A DNA stretch of 64,000 nucleotides. Origin: a phage. The translations under genes and the position numbers were made by a program. The stretch is taken from sequence record PZ402301.1; one strand, given 5' to 3'. The notes beneath the pieces are model-generated. The model was not told where the DNA came from, searched no databases, and saw only the letters and a program-made list of their open reading frames with translations. The stretch's first letter is position 1; every line of letters begins with the position of its first letter. This document shows, piece by piece, positions 18,101 to 29,286 of this stretch.

Positions 18101-19420
18101 TCATACGTAAAACACATCATAACGACCACGAGTGACACCAACATAAAGAAGCTGCTGAGCTAGTTCAGCATCTGCATAATGGATACAAGGCGTATAGATA
18201 AAAGCACGGTCTACAGACATGCCCTGAGCTTTATGGAATGTTGATGCAGGAAGTGCTTTCACTTTACTAAACTGCGATTTAGCATCCCAAAAATCACTCC
18301 ACGGAGCTTTTCCACCTTTATTCCAATTTTTATAAGTTTCTGCCGTTTTACCTAAAAATAAGTTAAACTTATACAGCTCTTCATCAGATGAAATTATTTT
18401 AATCTTTTCACGATAATATTCATCATCGCCGTAAGTTTCTACTGTTAAATCCCAATGACGAATTAGATATTCTCCAGAAACACCACGAGCTTTAACAAAC
18501 GTCGATGTATACTCTGCTTCTATAATACGAACTAATTGTCCGTTATTAAAAATAATTTCTGACACAGGCTTTCCATCAATTTTATATGTTTTAATTAATG
18601 GTTCCTGCATTACAATAATTTCACCAACGATAAAATCTTTATCAGTTTCAAAAATCTTTTTGCGAATAATGTTATTTAACTTATCAACAGATTTATTCGT
18701 AAATGCCATTACACGATTTTCAAACAAATCATCTAGTGATTTTACGATTGAAAAATAATTTACCATAAAATCGCGTAAAGCGGTATCACCGGTAAATCCA
18801 CGTACTCCATGTCCGTCAATAATTTTATCATAAATCCACTTACCGTTACGAACATCAGTAGCTACATCAATAATAGGAGCATTACTGCGTTTAACTTCAG
18901 TGAGTTCACATTGATAAAAATCTTTGTGCGTAAAGAATGGACTGATATAAGCAGTGTTTTCTCCTGGGTCAACAGGTCTAATTTGCTTATTATCGCCTAT
19001 TCCAATTATAGTACACCATGGCGGGATAGTCGAAAGCAGAATTTTAAATAGCTTTCTATCGTACATTGACACTTCGTCGCAGATTAATACTCTACATTTA
19101 GCCAAATCCGGTACTTCTTTTTGTTCAAAAAGAACGTTTTCTTCATATGTTACTGGGTTAATTTTGAGAATACTGTGAATAGTACTCGCTTCTTTCCCTG
19201 ACAGTTTTGAAAGAATCTTTTTAGCCGCATGTGTAGGAGCTGCTAAAATAATTCCAGTTTCGCCTGTAGATATTAAAGCTTCAATGATGAACTTAGTAAG
19301 AGTAGTCTTACCAGTACCGGCAGGTCCATTAATAGTTACATGATGTTTCTTTTCTTTAATAGCCCTCATAACGATGTTAAAGGCATTTTTCTGACCTTCG
19401 GTCAAATCATCAAATGTCAT
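18101..19420 (-). CDS. dda: Dda DNA helicase (SF1)
   Basis: 439 aa with Walker A (GPAGTGKTT) and the T4 Dda length. Confidence 0.9.
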   Translation of the reverse strand: MTFDDLTEGQKNAFNIVMRAIKEKKHHVTINGPAGTGKTTLTKFIIEALISTGETGIILAAPTHAAKKILSKLSGKEASTIHSILKINPVTYEENVLFEQKEVPDLAKCRVLICDEVSMYDRKLFKILLSTIPPWCTIIGIGDNKQIRPVDPGENTAYISPFFTHKDFYQCELTEVKRSNAPIIDVATDVRNGKWIYDKIIDGHGVRGFTGDTALRDFMVNYFSIVKSLDDLFENRVMAFTNKSVDKLNNIIRKKIFETDKDFIVGEIIVMQEPLIKTYKIDGKPVSEIIFNNGQLVRIIEAEYTSTFVKARGVSGEYLIRHWDLTVETYGDDEYYREKIKIISSDEELYKFNLFLGKTAETYKNWNKGGKAPWSDFWDAKSQFSKVKALPASTFHKAQGMSVDRAFIYTPCIHYADAELAQQLLYVGVTRGRYDVFYV

Positions 19421-19728
19421 CGTAAATTCCCTGCAATTGGTATACTAACAATACGCCCAGTATCTAAAATTCGCCGATATAATCTTTGTGTGTCTACATC
19501 AGGCTTAACATGTTTAACTTCTATTTTATTAAACCAAAACTTGCGTGGAGTCTCAACTAATCTCGGAATTCCCATACCTAAAGCTAGTCGATACTGATCT
19601 TTAAGAGTTGTAAATACTTTATCAGCAATCTCCCTTTCAAAAAATACAGCAGGACGATGTTCATCAAGAGGAACAGGCACCGCAAATCCATCTTTATCTC
19701 TATACACTATCGCATATACATAAAACAT
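19417..19728 (-). CDS. hypothetical protein (103 aa)
   Basis: Minus-strand ORF overlapping the dda start. Confidence 0.45.
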   Translation of the reverse strand: MFYVYAIVYRDKDGFAVPVPLDEHRPAVFFEREIADKVFTTLKDQYRLALGMGIPRLVETPRKFWFNKIEVKHVKPDVDTQRLYRRILDTGRIVSIPIAGNLR

Positions 19729-19729
19729 A

Positions 19730-20476
19730 TTATCCTCGGATAAGTTTAAAAATTGAACAATTTAGCGGGTATCCTCTTTTCAGTTTAAGTTTATCAATAA
19801 AAGACAAGTTTTGATACCGCTCTACACCTTGAATAATTTTATCACACATATCATATTGCATTTCTGCTTCTGACAACTTTTTCACGGTTTTCCAATCTGA
19901 GCCTTTAAGAAGAACGTTTAATTTAACAACTTCAGCGCCTTCTGCTATACGAGAACCATCAATACGAGCTTTAAGTGCTATAATCGTTAGCTTAACGTCA
20001 GAAGTTTGTTTTGATTTAGAAAGCTGAGAAATGTGCTCAATTCGGTTTTCACGTTTTTTCTGTATAGCTTTAATTTGATTATAAGTCTTTTTGATTTTAG
20101 CCCATTTCTTTTCATCTAAATTTAGTTTATGAACTTTTTTCGCAGATGAACGACCAATTCGCAAAGCAAATAAATCACGCTTTTCAATCAACTCTTCTAA
20201 AGTATAATCAGAACGAAATGTATTATACTTTTTCTTTACTGCAATAACATTCCCTTTAATGTATCCAACGTTATTATCAAAACGTTCTAATGATAATTTC
20301 TCTCCTTCAATACGATTATCAAAAGGTTCTCCTGAGTAAGCGCAAACTTTCTGATCTAAAATGTTCTTAATGTAATTGAAGTCTAAGTTAAAATCTTTAG
20401 AACGTCTTTTAGCAGATGCCTGAGTATGCTCTAGACGACGTGTAATTTTACGAATTTGATTTTTAGACAGTTTCAT
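19730..20476 (-). CDS. basic 248-aa protein, Srd-like by position
   Basis: Lys/Arg-rich ORF between dda and modA where T4 has srd; preceded by an early promoter; assignment by synteny only. Confidence 0.4.
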   Translation of the reverse strand: MKLSKNQIRKITRRLEHTQASAKRRSKDFNLDFNYIKNILDQKVCAYSGEPFDNRIEGEKLSLERFDNNVGYIKGNVIAVKKKYNTFRSDYTLEELIEKRDLFALRIGRSSAKKVHKLNLDEKKWAKIKKTYNQIKAIQKKRENRIEHISQLSKSKQTSDVKLTIIALKARIDGSRIAEGAEVVKLNVLLKGSDWKTVKKLSEAEMQYDMCDKIIQGVERYQNLSFIDKLKLKRGYPLNCSIFKLIRG

Positions 20477-20592
20477 ATTTTTCTCACGGACGGGTTAACT
20501 ACTTATACTATAACATTTTTACTTCAGCTTGTAAACAACTTTATGAAAAATGCTTTAAAACTTTCATGGTATAATGAATCTAAGTCCTTCCA

Positions 20593-21195
20593 TTATAGAT
20601 TAAATCCTTCAAAATCAAGAGTATAGATAGTGTATGTTGAATACTTTTTATACTCATATCTATCTGCAATTCTAAATACACTTCCAGCTGGTATCATTAC
20701 TTCTTGTTCATCTGAAACTAATTCCATATTACGATAGCGATGGCTATCTGGAAATTTAAAACTCGGACTATATTCTTTACAACGTAAAGCTTTTATAGCA
20801 TACTCCTGGAAATTAAATACCATAGGAGCTTTGAATTCAAAAATAACTTGCGTGTTGTATTCTAATCCAGAAGCAAAATGCAGAGCTATATTTTTATCAT
20901 ATGAAGCTGATACTACTTTATCAAATGTAATAATATCAATTCCTTGATTTAATACCTGCTTAGTCTCAACTGGAACACCTCTCCAAAGAGGTTTATCGTT
21001 TGGAACCAAACGAGATTTGATTATTTCATTTAACCAAGAATGATCGTCTGGCTTATTAGTAATACAATGAATTAAAAGTTCAATTTCAGATAAATTAAAT
21101 CCTTCAGAAAGTAATTCTTCACGAATAGAAGCACGCACCGATGCATCCATTGATTTGATTTTAAAATCTTTTAATTGCATTGCTGAATATTTCAT
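20593..21195 (-). CDS. modA: ADP-ribosyltransferase ModA
   Basis: 200 aa with R (LWRG), S-x-S-like and E-x-E (EQEVMIP) motifs; paralogous to the adjacent ModB. Confidence 0.6.
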   Translation of the reverse strand: MKYSAMQLKDFKIKSMDASVRASIREELLSEGFNLSEIELLIHCITNKPDDHSWLNEIIKSRLVPNDKPLWRGVPVETKQVLNQGIDIITFDKVVSASYDKNIALHFASGLEYNTQVIFEFKAPMVFNFQEYAIKALRCKEYSPSFKFPDSHRYRNMELVSDEQEVMIPAGSVFRIADRYEYKKYSTYTIYTLDFEGFNL

Positions 21196-21815
21196 TCAAC
21201 TACCTCGATATCATACACTTTAAATGTTCCAAATGAATCGTGTAATTTTTCTTTTGAAATAGAAGTTATTTTATACTTTCCAATTGGAATCATCCATTCT
21301 TGTTCACGTACAATCATCATTAAGTTATCAGTACGTTCTGAATCTAATCCATCAGTATCTTCATATGTATACTTAAACTCAGTATTAGGAGAAGAAAGTA
21401 TAATATCGCTGATATGGTCAGAGTAATTAAAAGCTTTATCAGTTTTTAAGCGAAATATTATTTCAGTGGAATATTCAACATAAGAAAAACCGCATGCTGT
21501 GTGCAAACTAGTAGTAAATGAATCTACTCTGTTCGTTGAAAACACTTCTCCAACTTGTAAATCTTTAATGAGTTCTTTTGTCGATTTTGATATACCACGA
21601 TATAACTGATAAGGTGATTCAGTTAAATGCTTTTTAACGATTTTATTCAACTGCCGATGAAGAGCTTCATTCTTTTTGGCTTCCATACATTGCCAAAGAA
21701 CTGACTGTTCAAAGTCAGTAAATTTTTCACAGACCTTTTTATACATATCATATTGAAAATCGACACTTTCAGCTTTTATAGATAACTGTTCAACATCTGC
21801 AAGATTAATAATCAT
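21192..21815 (-). CDS. modB: ADP-ribosyltransferase ModB
   Basis: R (LYRG) and E-x-E (EQEWMIP) motifs; start taken at the ATG with GGAGG SD, giving 207 aa (track ORF runs to 21827). Confidence 0.6.
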   Translation of the reverse strand: MIINLADVEQLSIKAESVDFQYDMYKKVCEKFTDFEQSVLWQCMEAKKNEALHRQLNKIVKKHLTESPYQLYRGISKSTKELIKDLQVGEVFSTNRVDSFTTSLHTACGFSYVEYSTEIIFRLKTDKAFNYSDHISDIILSSPNTEFKYTYEDTDGLDSERTDNLMMIVREQEWMIPIGKYKITSISKEKLHDSFGTFKVYDIEVVE

Positions 21816-21882
21816 GATAGCCTCCATATACTTCAGAAGCTATCATATCATTGTTAGGAAGGAAAGTAAACAACTTTTTGAA

Positions 21883-22065
21883 TTATTTTGCCCAGGGAGC
21901 CCAGGGCGGAGGGTCAAGATGGTATGAAGCCAGTTCTTCTAGAAGAGCATCTGGGGCTTCAATTCCATAATTCTGTAATACTATACGGTACTCTTTCTTA
22001 TAATCACTAGAATCATTCTGGATATTCGTAGAATGATTATCTTCTAACATCTCAAATAAATCCAT
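21883..22065 (-). CDS. hypothetical protein (60 aa)
   Basis: Minus-strand ORF downstream of an early promoter. Confidence 0.4.
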   Translation of the reverse strand: MDLFEMLEDNHSTNIQNDSSDYKKEYRIVLQNYGIEAPDALLEELASYHLDPPPWAPWAK

Positions 22066-22073
22066 ATTAATTC

Positions 22074-22544
22074 CTAGCGATAAAAACCAAAATAACGATT
22101 AGCTTCAATAATCTTTCTTTCTTCTTCGGACATTCTCCAGCGTAGTCCAACATCAAAATGAGCCCAGACCATCTTAACAAATGCATTTATATCTTTAATA
22201 TCTTCAATAATGAATGTTTTACTTTTAGAAGGTTGACTCGCTAATTTAACTTTATCGTCTTCAAACAGGTCAAAAAGACCATATTCATGAGCTCTTTTAT
22301 AGCCTTTAATAGTTAAAGCTTCAGAAGAAGAAAATGGTGAATCAGTATTCTGCAAAATATCTTCAGTATGCTTTATAATTAGAATAACATTTTCTGGATA
22401 TTTTCTTTCTTTTATATCTTTAATTAAAATATCTGGATTTTCTGCTAAAGGAATAATTAATGAGCACTTTTTGTCAAGTGTATTTACCGATTTACCTTCT
22501 TTAGACATAAATTCTATTGAATAATGTTTTGCTACTTCAATCAT
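22074..22544 (-). CDS. hypothetical protein (156 aa)
   Basis: Minus-strand ORF in the modB-soc block. Confidence 0.45.
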   Translation of the reverse strand: MIEVAKHYSIEFMSKEGKSVNTLDKKCSLIIPLAENPDILIKDIKERKYPENVILIIKHTEDILQNTDSPFSSSEALTIKGYKRAHEYGLFDLFEDDKVKLASQPSKSKTFIIEDIKDINAFVKMVWAHFDVGLRWRMSEEERKIIEANRYFGFYR

Positions 22545-22697
22545 GTGATTTCCTTTTGCCTACTAATGGGCCGTCAGGAATTTTGTTTTCCTGGATATAT
22601 TTCTCATTTTCTTCCATCATTTTACTGCCAATTTTAAGAAGCAAATCCAATGCTTCATTTGCTTTAGCCTTGGCCTCTTCTAGCGCCATATCTCTGT

Positions 22698-22901
22698 TCA
22701 TGATTTATCCCCATAGATGTCTCTCATCAATTTAAGCGCTGAGCGTTCTAATTTCTTTTCTTTCTCAACGCTAATCATTGATTTCATCCATTCTTCTGAT
22801 TCATTCTGCATTTCTTTATTTGCTTGTTCAACCCAACCATCGTCAATGTACATTGAGTTTGGTCTACTGAACCATTCAAGCATTTTCTTCAGAACTTTCA
22901 T
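22698..22901 (-). CDS. hypothetical protein (67 aa)
   Basis: Minus-strand ORF with stop/start overlap. Confidence 0.4.
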   Translation of the reverse strand: MKVLKKMLEWFSRPNSMYIDDGWVEQANKEMQNESEEWMKSMISVEKEKKLERSALKLMRDIYGDKS

Positions 22902-23394
22902 TTGTTTTACCTAAAACAACAGTAGGAGCATCATCAAATTCATGAATTTTGAGTAAATTTGGATGTAAACTATTCCACACAGAAGAAATAAAGTATGATA
23001 ACGCATCTTCACTCGCAATTATAAATTTATTTCCTTTATCTATTTTCCAACTATATAATGAATCATACGAATAGAAAGATAAAGGTTTATCATTATATTG
23101 TTCTGCACTAACATTAATGTATTCGGATTTAGTAAATGCTTCAATTGCTCTAAACGGAATATTTGGTACAGTTTCAATAATACCAATCTTTTTAAGCTTT
23201 ATTTCAGCATCTTCTGGAACTGGCATTGAAACGAAATTTTCTACTAGATACATTGGGTCACAATAACCCTTATCAATCATTACTGCTACTGTAATTGGAA
23301 TATCTTTAGCAAACGCCATGCTATCACTGCTAATATACATTTCAAACAAAATCGCTTCCATAATTTTCCTCAATCGCAAGATGTAGATGAACAA
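22876..23394 (-). CDS. hypothetical protein (172 aa)
   Basis: Minus-strand ORF; the true start may be an internal Met. Confidence 0.4.
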   Translation of the reverse strand: MFIYILRLRKIMEAILFEMYISSDSMAFAKDIPITVAVMIDKGYCDPMYLVENFVSMPVPEDAEIKLKKIGIIETVPNIPFRAIEAFTKSEYINVSAEQYNDKPLSFYSYDSLYSWKIDKGNKFIIASEDALSYFISSVWNSLHPNLLKIHEFDDAPTVVLGKTNESSEENA

Positions 23395-23711
23395 CTAGAA
23401 TCACAAGAACTTCCACATGAATCGCCCGTCCATGCATGAACAGGAACATTAGTGTCATATGAATCAGAACTAGACTGTGTATTCTGCGTATTAGATGATG
23501 TAGTAGGTGTTGACCAACGCCAAGGATTTTTATAATATTCCTGGGCTTCTTCATAAGTCATAGTAACCGCTTCTACTGTTCCATCTCTCATATAAACATA
23601 TTCAACTACAGTTAAAGGAAGGTAGTCATTTGAAATAGGAACTACACCTTCTCCAGGAGCTGTAGAGAAAAAATCCGTAAAGAAACTTTTAAACCAATTA
23701 AAGATAAACAT
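23370..23711 (-). CDS. hypothetical protein with Cys/Ser-rich C-terminal tail
   Basis: 113 aa ending [20 protein letters not shown]. Confidence 0.45.
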   Translation of the reverse strand: MFIFNWFKSFFTDFFSTAPGEGVVPISNDYLPLTVVEYVYMRDGTVEAVTMTYEEAQEYYKNPWRWSTPTTSSNTQNTQSSSDSYDTNVPVHAWTGDSCGSSCDSSCSSTSCD

Positions 23712-23923
23712 TACAAAAAGCCTCTTTGAAATTCGACTCTTTGAAATCCACCCCAGTCAGTGTATCGCATTTCAGCATTGAACTCGACTGAACCATCTGC
23801 ATGCATCATGAATGAATGCGTGACGATATCACAATCCCAGCTTTTCATACCCCATTTATCAGAGATAGCTTTATCAAGAACCTTCTGGAGGTCTTCATTT
23901 GGTTTAATCCAACGATTTAACAT
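23711..23923 (-). CDS. hypothetical protein (70 aa)
   Basis: Minus-strand ORF whose stop overlaps the downstream start. Confidence 0.45.
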   Translation of the reverse strand: MLNRWIKPNEDLQKVLDKAISDKWGMKSWDCDIVTHSFMMHADGSVEFNAEMRYTDWGGFQRVEFQRGFL

Positions 23924-23994
23924 AGTGCTCTCCTCTATAAGATAATTCTATTATACCATACTCATTGTGGAAAGTAAACCGGTAAAATGAAAAA

Positions 23995-24012
23995 GGACTC
24001 CCGAAGGAGTCC
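23995..24012 (-). terminator. hairpin downstream of soc
   Basis: ggactcc-cgaa-ggagtcc followed by a T-run, just past the soc stop. Confidence 0.5.
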
Positions 24013-24018
24013 CTGAAT

Positions 24019-24264
24019 TTATTCACCAGTTACTTTCCACAAATCTTCGTTTGCAGCAATCCACGCAGCGCGTTGATTTTCTTCATATACTGTAGAATAT
24101 GCTGCTTTTTCTGAAGGGAATGTCTGGTAATGAGCGCCAGAAATTTTGTGAACGTCAGAATAAAGAGGGAAAGCTACAGAAATTTCCTTTCCTTCAATTT
24201 TCTTATTTCCATCTAATTTCTGCTCAAACGTTTTGATATTAACATAACCGCGAGTACTAGCCAT
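24019..24264 (-). CDS. soc: small outer capsid protein Soc
   Basis: 81 aa (MASTRGYVNIKTFEQ...) with the T4 Soc length and position, and a late-promoter motif upstream. Confidence 0.75.
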   Translation of the reverse strand: MASTRGYVNIKTFEQKLDGNKKIEGKEISVAFPLYSDVHKISGAHYQTFPSEKAAYSTVYEENQRAAWIAANEDLWKVTGE

Positions 24265-24292
24265 GTAATTCTCCTTTTATTTAAATTACATG

Positions 24293-24305
24293 ATTATTTA
24301 TAATA
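24293..24305 (-). promoter_or_regulatory. late promoter (TATAAATA) for soc
   Basis: Plus-strand tatttata, i.e. TATAAATA on the minus strand, about 30 nt upstream of the soc start. Confidence 0.5.
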
Positions 24306-24346
24306 ATTCTCGCGGCTTTTAAGTCGTCGTTTAAATAAACAAGCTA

Positions 24347-24865
24347 TTAATAACCTCGGTCTTGACGAGCGAAGTTTTCAGCATTTTTCAGATAATAAAG
24401 TTTAAAGATTTCTTCAGCAGTAAGGCCGAGACCTTGGAACATGTTCAGAACGAAATGAAGAATATCAATCATTTCGAATTTAATTTCCAACTGGTCTTGT
24501 GGAGACAAATCAGTAATTAGAGTTTCACGGCGTTCACCATGCTGTGACTTCCAAGGCTTCCATACAGCAGATGCATCTTTTTCACCATTGCTCATACCAC
24601 CAAGAGAAGTCAGAAGTTCGCGGAATTCATCATCAATGTAATCTTTCTGATTACGCAACCAATCAACAACTTCACCTGCAGTAGCCAAATCATCAGGATG
24701 ACGGTTATATTCAGGTTTATCTTTAGCTAAACGAACCTGCAAAGATTTCTGCATATCAAGCATAACCTGCAGCGGGTCTTTTTCATCACCGAGAATATCC
24801 CAGTATTCATTTTGAGCTTTATCAGCGCCTTCGATCAGTTGACTACATTCGTTAAAGTATGCCAT
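24347..24865 (-). CDS. 56: dCTPase/dUTPase gp56 (MazG-like)
   Basis: Position and MazG-like composition; start taken at the ATG after AAAGGA, giving about 171 aa (track ORF starts at a TTG). Confidence 0.75.
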   Translation of the reverse strand: MAYFNECSQLIEGADKAQNEYWDILGDEKDPLQVMLDMQKSLQVRLAKDKPEYNRHPDDLATAGEVVDWLRNQKDYIDDEFRELLTSLGGMSNGEKDASAVWKPWKSQHGERRETLITDLSPQDQLEIKFEMIDILHFVLNMFQGLGLTAEEIFKLYYLKNAENFARQDRGY

Positions 24866-24925
24866 TATTTTTCCTTTCAATTCATTAATAAGTTAAATAA
24901 TTATATCATTTGAATATATAAGCAA

Positions 24926-26265
<1,340 letters not shown>

Positions 26266-26274
26266 TATATTATC

Positions 26275-26325
26275 CTCAGCAGTTTATTTTATAATACCAC
26301 AACAAGCTGAGAAAGTAAACAAATT
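26275..26325 (-). promoter_or_regulatory. early promoter (GTTTAC, 18 nt, TATTAT)
   Basis: Minus strand GTTTACtttctcagcttgttgtggTATTAT; the spacer (ctcagc) is complementary to the downstream gctgagga SD region. Confidence 0.55.
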
Positions 26326-26369
26326 TTGTAAAATTTGCGATAAATATTTAATTTAAAGGAGGACGACGC

Positions 26370-26570
26370 ATGGTACAAAAATTAATGGCACTTGTTAATG
26401 CCATCAAAGGTAATAAAAAACGTATAGCTTTTACTATTTCTGCTATGATAGGAATTTTACTTTGGAATTTTGTTTTATCGCCAATTGCTATTGCTCATGG
26501 CGTTAATATTCCAGTAATTACTCTTGATACATTCGTAGATTTAGCATTTGCTTTGGTTGGGTTAATTTAA
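26370..26570 (+). CDS. plus-strand small membrane protein (66 aa)
   Basis: ATG preceded by AAAGGAGG at ideal spacing; two hydrophobic segments; lies in an intergenic gap and ends at the gp61 stop (convergent). Confidence 0.4.
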   Translation: MVQKLMALVNAIKGNKKRIAFTISAMIGILLWNFVLSPIAIAHGVNIPVITLDTFVDLAFALVGLI

Positions 26571-27595
26571 ATCTTAGCATATTTAGATAGCCGCATTTTA
26601 GCCATCAACCCTTGGGCAATATTATTTTTCATATATTCCATAATTTGTTCAGGGGTTGCACCTTCCTTTCTAATCATATCATTAACATCTTTTGATTTCC
26701 AGGGAGATTTATCCCAAAACATAACCCTTTCTCCTGCATCAACTAATTTAGTCATTCGTTTAATAGTGTCAGGATGACGAGGTTCATTATCTAAAACCCA
26801 TACACGTCTATCTTTAAATGGAACAATTTCTAGGTCTAATTGACCACCTGTAATAGCTATACCATTTTCAATAAAAAGTGAATCTATAGGTCCTTCTAGA
26901 ACATATACATCACCATCTTTGACCCGTTCAACGCCATAGATTTTTGTTGCCTCAGGATAAGCTTTGATGGTGATATATTTTTGAGGAGCATCTTTCTTTA
27001 ATGCACGGCCTTGAAAAGACTCAGCTTTTCCATTAGCATTATAAATTGGAATAACAAGACGAGGCTCAGGTATTTCCTTTTTATATGTTCCTGGCGCTAT
27101 ACTATTAACTAATTTAGGCCATTCAGTTGTAAACCAAAGATATTTCCATTTATCCTTTGGAATACAACGGGCTTTTACATATTTTATAATTGGATGGTCT
27201 TCCGCCAGTTTATCTAATCTAACGCATGACGGAAGAGATTTAATTATTTTCTTCTCAGGTTGTTTAGGAAGTTCTTTAGGTTTTTCTACTGGACGACTTT
27301 TACCTTTTTCTTTTCTTATTTCAAAGATATACTCACGATATAAATCAGGTTCAAACTCCTTTAAATATATTCCGATTGGTGCATGATAGTTACAGTTATA
27401 ACAATGAATATTTCCTTCATTATTATCGCCGTAATACCATCCACGGGCTTTATTTTGGTCGGTTTTTGAATCTCCACAAACAGGGCATCTAAACCGCAAT
27501 TTAAAAGTTGAACTATTATTTACTTGTGTGAATTTAGGTAAATGAGCTAATGCACGGTATGCAAACTCATTATCAATCCAAGGTATTGATGACAT
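26567..27595 (-). CDS. 61: DNA primase gp61
   Basis: 342 aa with N-terminal zinc ribbon (CPVCGDSKTD...CYNC) and a Toprim-like region (VLEGPIDSLF). Confidence 0.9.
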   Translation of the reverse strand: MSSIPWIDNEFAYRALAHLPKFTQVNNSSTFKLRFRCPVCGDSKTDQNKARGWYYGDNNEGNIHCYNCNYHAPIGIYLKEFEPDLYREYIFEIRKEKGKSRPVEKPKELPKQPEKKIIKSLPSCVRLDKLAEDHPIIKYVKARCIPKDKWKYLWFTTEWPKLVNSIAPGTYKKEIPEPRLVIPIYNANGKAESFQGRALKKDAPQKYITIKAYPEATKIYGVERVKDGDVYVLEGPIDSLFIENGIAITGGQLDLEIVPFKDRRVWVLDNEPRHPDTIKRMTKLVDAGERVMFWDKSPWKSKDVNDMIRKEGATPEQIMEYMKNNIAQGLMAKMRLSKYAKI

Positions 27596-27763
27596 TTTTA
27601 CTCTTCTTTTTCTTTAGATTCCTCTTTTTTCTTTTTAGGAATCTGTTCAGGACCTTTATTTACTACAGCACCTGACGTTGTTCCAGTAGAGATATTTTCA
27701 GGATTACCACCTGAATCTCCAGCGACCATATCTTCTTTGATAAATTCTTTATATGTTTTCATA

Positions 27764-28120
27764 TTAACCTCTATTCATAAAAGCATTAAAAATTTGGTCA
27801 TCAATCGATGGAATAGCAACCTTTTCGGCATCATTTAGCAAATCATTAATTTCATCAGATAGCATAACGCATGTACCTTTATTTCCTGTAATTGTTACTG
27901 CACAATTACGAACGTTTTCTTTATCAAATTTTAGGTTAATATTTTCGTAGTGAAAATCCTTTAATGCCGAATATATTTTTAAAATGAAATTGTCTTTTAC
28001 TACAATAAACCCAACCTCACTATTAAAACGTGGTTCATGGAAACTGTAATAAACCTTTTCATCTATAAAATCGTATGAAATTTTTTCCATTTTTAAATAT
28101 GAAAATTCAGAACTATACAT
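27764..28120 (-). CDS. hypothetical protein (118 aa)
   Basis: First of five small minus-strand ORFs between gp61 and gp41, matching the T4 61.1-61.5 arrangement. Confidence 0.45.
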   Translation of the reverse strand: MYSSEFSYLKMEKISYDFIDEKVYYSFHEPRFNSEVGFIVVKDNFILKIYSALKDFHYENINLKFDKENVRNCAVTITGNKGTCVMLSDEINDLLNDAEKVAIPSIDDQIFNAFMNRG

Positions 28121-28132
28121 ACTAACCTCTAA

Positions 28133-28426
28133 TTACTCACCTACCACTTCAGCGATGATATTTTTATTATTGAAGTTTTTATCACAATACAGAACGTAAT
28201 TATACTGCATTACACCACCAGACTTAAGCTGTTTTTGTACTTCAGCTTTCATTTCAGGGCGATCACGCTCAACGATATTCATAATATCTGCTTCAATCTG
28301 AGTTTCAACCTCAGTCTGATCTGCGGTCATAGACCATTCACACAAATCTTTATCATAACCTGCCATAGCAGGCTGAGCAGCACAAGAAGCCAAAGCAAAA
28401 ATTGCAGCAAAAACAAATTTTTTCAT
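28133..28426 (-). CDS. secreted periplasmic protein, Spackle-like
   Basis: 97 aa with a cleavable signal peptide (MKKFVFAAIFALASCAAQPAMA); size and location fit the T4 superinfection-exclusion protein Sp. Confidence 0.45.
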   Translation of the reverse strand: MKKFVFAAIFALASCAAQPAMAGYDKDLCEWSMTADQTEVETQIEADIMNIVERDRPEMKAEVQKQLKSGGVMQYNYVLYCDKNFNNKNIIAEVVGE

Positions 28427-28483
28427 GATAATCTCCTCAGTAGTTTATGTTTATATAATATCTCAATTTCCAACAAAAGTAAA

Positions 28484-28738
28484 CTATTTTATTTTCTCAA
28501 GTTCGTTAATCAATAAAAGTTCTCTGACGCTAAAAACAAAGAAAAATGTGTTTCCATCAACCAGAGCATGACCGCTAATAGAACACCCTCTGCGGAATTT
28601 AGAAACTTCACAATCTAGAACTGTAAAGGGTTTTAATCCTATGACTTTAGCTGTGCGTCTATTCAGTTCACAACCACTTGCGAATTTTTCCAAATCTTCT
28701 TCTGATTTAAACTGATATTCTCTATTAACTAGCATCAT
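28484..28738 (-). CDS. hypothetical protein (84 aa)
   Basis: Minus-strand ORF in the 61.x block. Confidence 0.45.
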   Translation of the reverse strand: MMLVNREYQFKSEEDLEKFASGCELNRRTAKVIGLKPFTVLDCEVSKFRRGCSISGHALVDGNTFFFVFSVRELLLINELEKIK

Positions 28739-28822
28739 TTTCTTTTCTCCGCGATTAGCTGATAGAATTACTATAACACAACTCTATCAGCTTGTAAACT
28801 ACTATTTTACTAGCATCAATAA

Positions 28823-29086
28823 CTATTTCTCTAACTTGACGATTTTACGAAAGTATCTTTTGCATTGACGAATCTGTCGCTTCGTAGGGCGCACAGCAAA
28901 CTTAATAAATTCCACTCGACCAAATGGAGGGCTTTCTTCTGCTGGAATATCTAACACCAATTCCCACGTATCTGCAACAAGTGCTTTGAATTGAGTATTT
29001 TTCCTGACATTATACGGAGTAGGTTTAAATAAAACAATGTGCATATTATCCTCGGCAATCCACTTCGCATACTTTCTTGTCATCAA
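28823..29086 (-). CDS. hypothetical protein (87 aa)
   Basis: Minus-strand ORF in the 61.x block. Confidence 0.4.
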   Translation of the reverse strand: MMTRKYAKWIAEDNMHIVLFKPTPYNVRKNTQFKALVADTWELVLDIPAEESPPFGRVEFIKFAVRPTKRQIRQCKRYFRKIVKLEK

Positions 29087-29228
29087 TGAAAGCTTTAACT
29101 AATGCTTTATTAACTTCAGCATATTGAGTAGTAGCCCATTGAACGTCGTCTTTCATCATTGTGATTTCTTTAGTAAACATGCTTTCATTCTTAAACCACC
29201 CCATAAAAACTACCTTTACCAATTCCAT
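29046..29228 (-). CDS. Dmd-like 60-aa protein
   Basis: 60 aa directly downstream of gp41, where T4 has dmd (61.5, 60 aa); called by size and synteny. Confidence 0.45.
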   Translation of the reverse strand: MELVKVVFMGWFKNESMFTKEITMMKDDVQWATTQYAEVNKALVKAFIDDKKVCEVDCRG

Positions 29229-29286
29229 AACAATCTCCTCATTTAACCAACAAGACTACTATACCATAGTCTTGTCAGCTTGTAAA

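Noticed and set aside
24265-24346. Replication origin (oriA-like) near soc and gp56.
   Set aside because: T4 is reported to have an origin in this neighbourhood, but I see no iterons or DnaA-box-like repeats, so I cannot support it from sequence.
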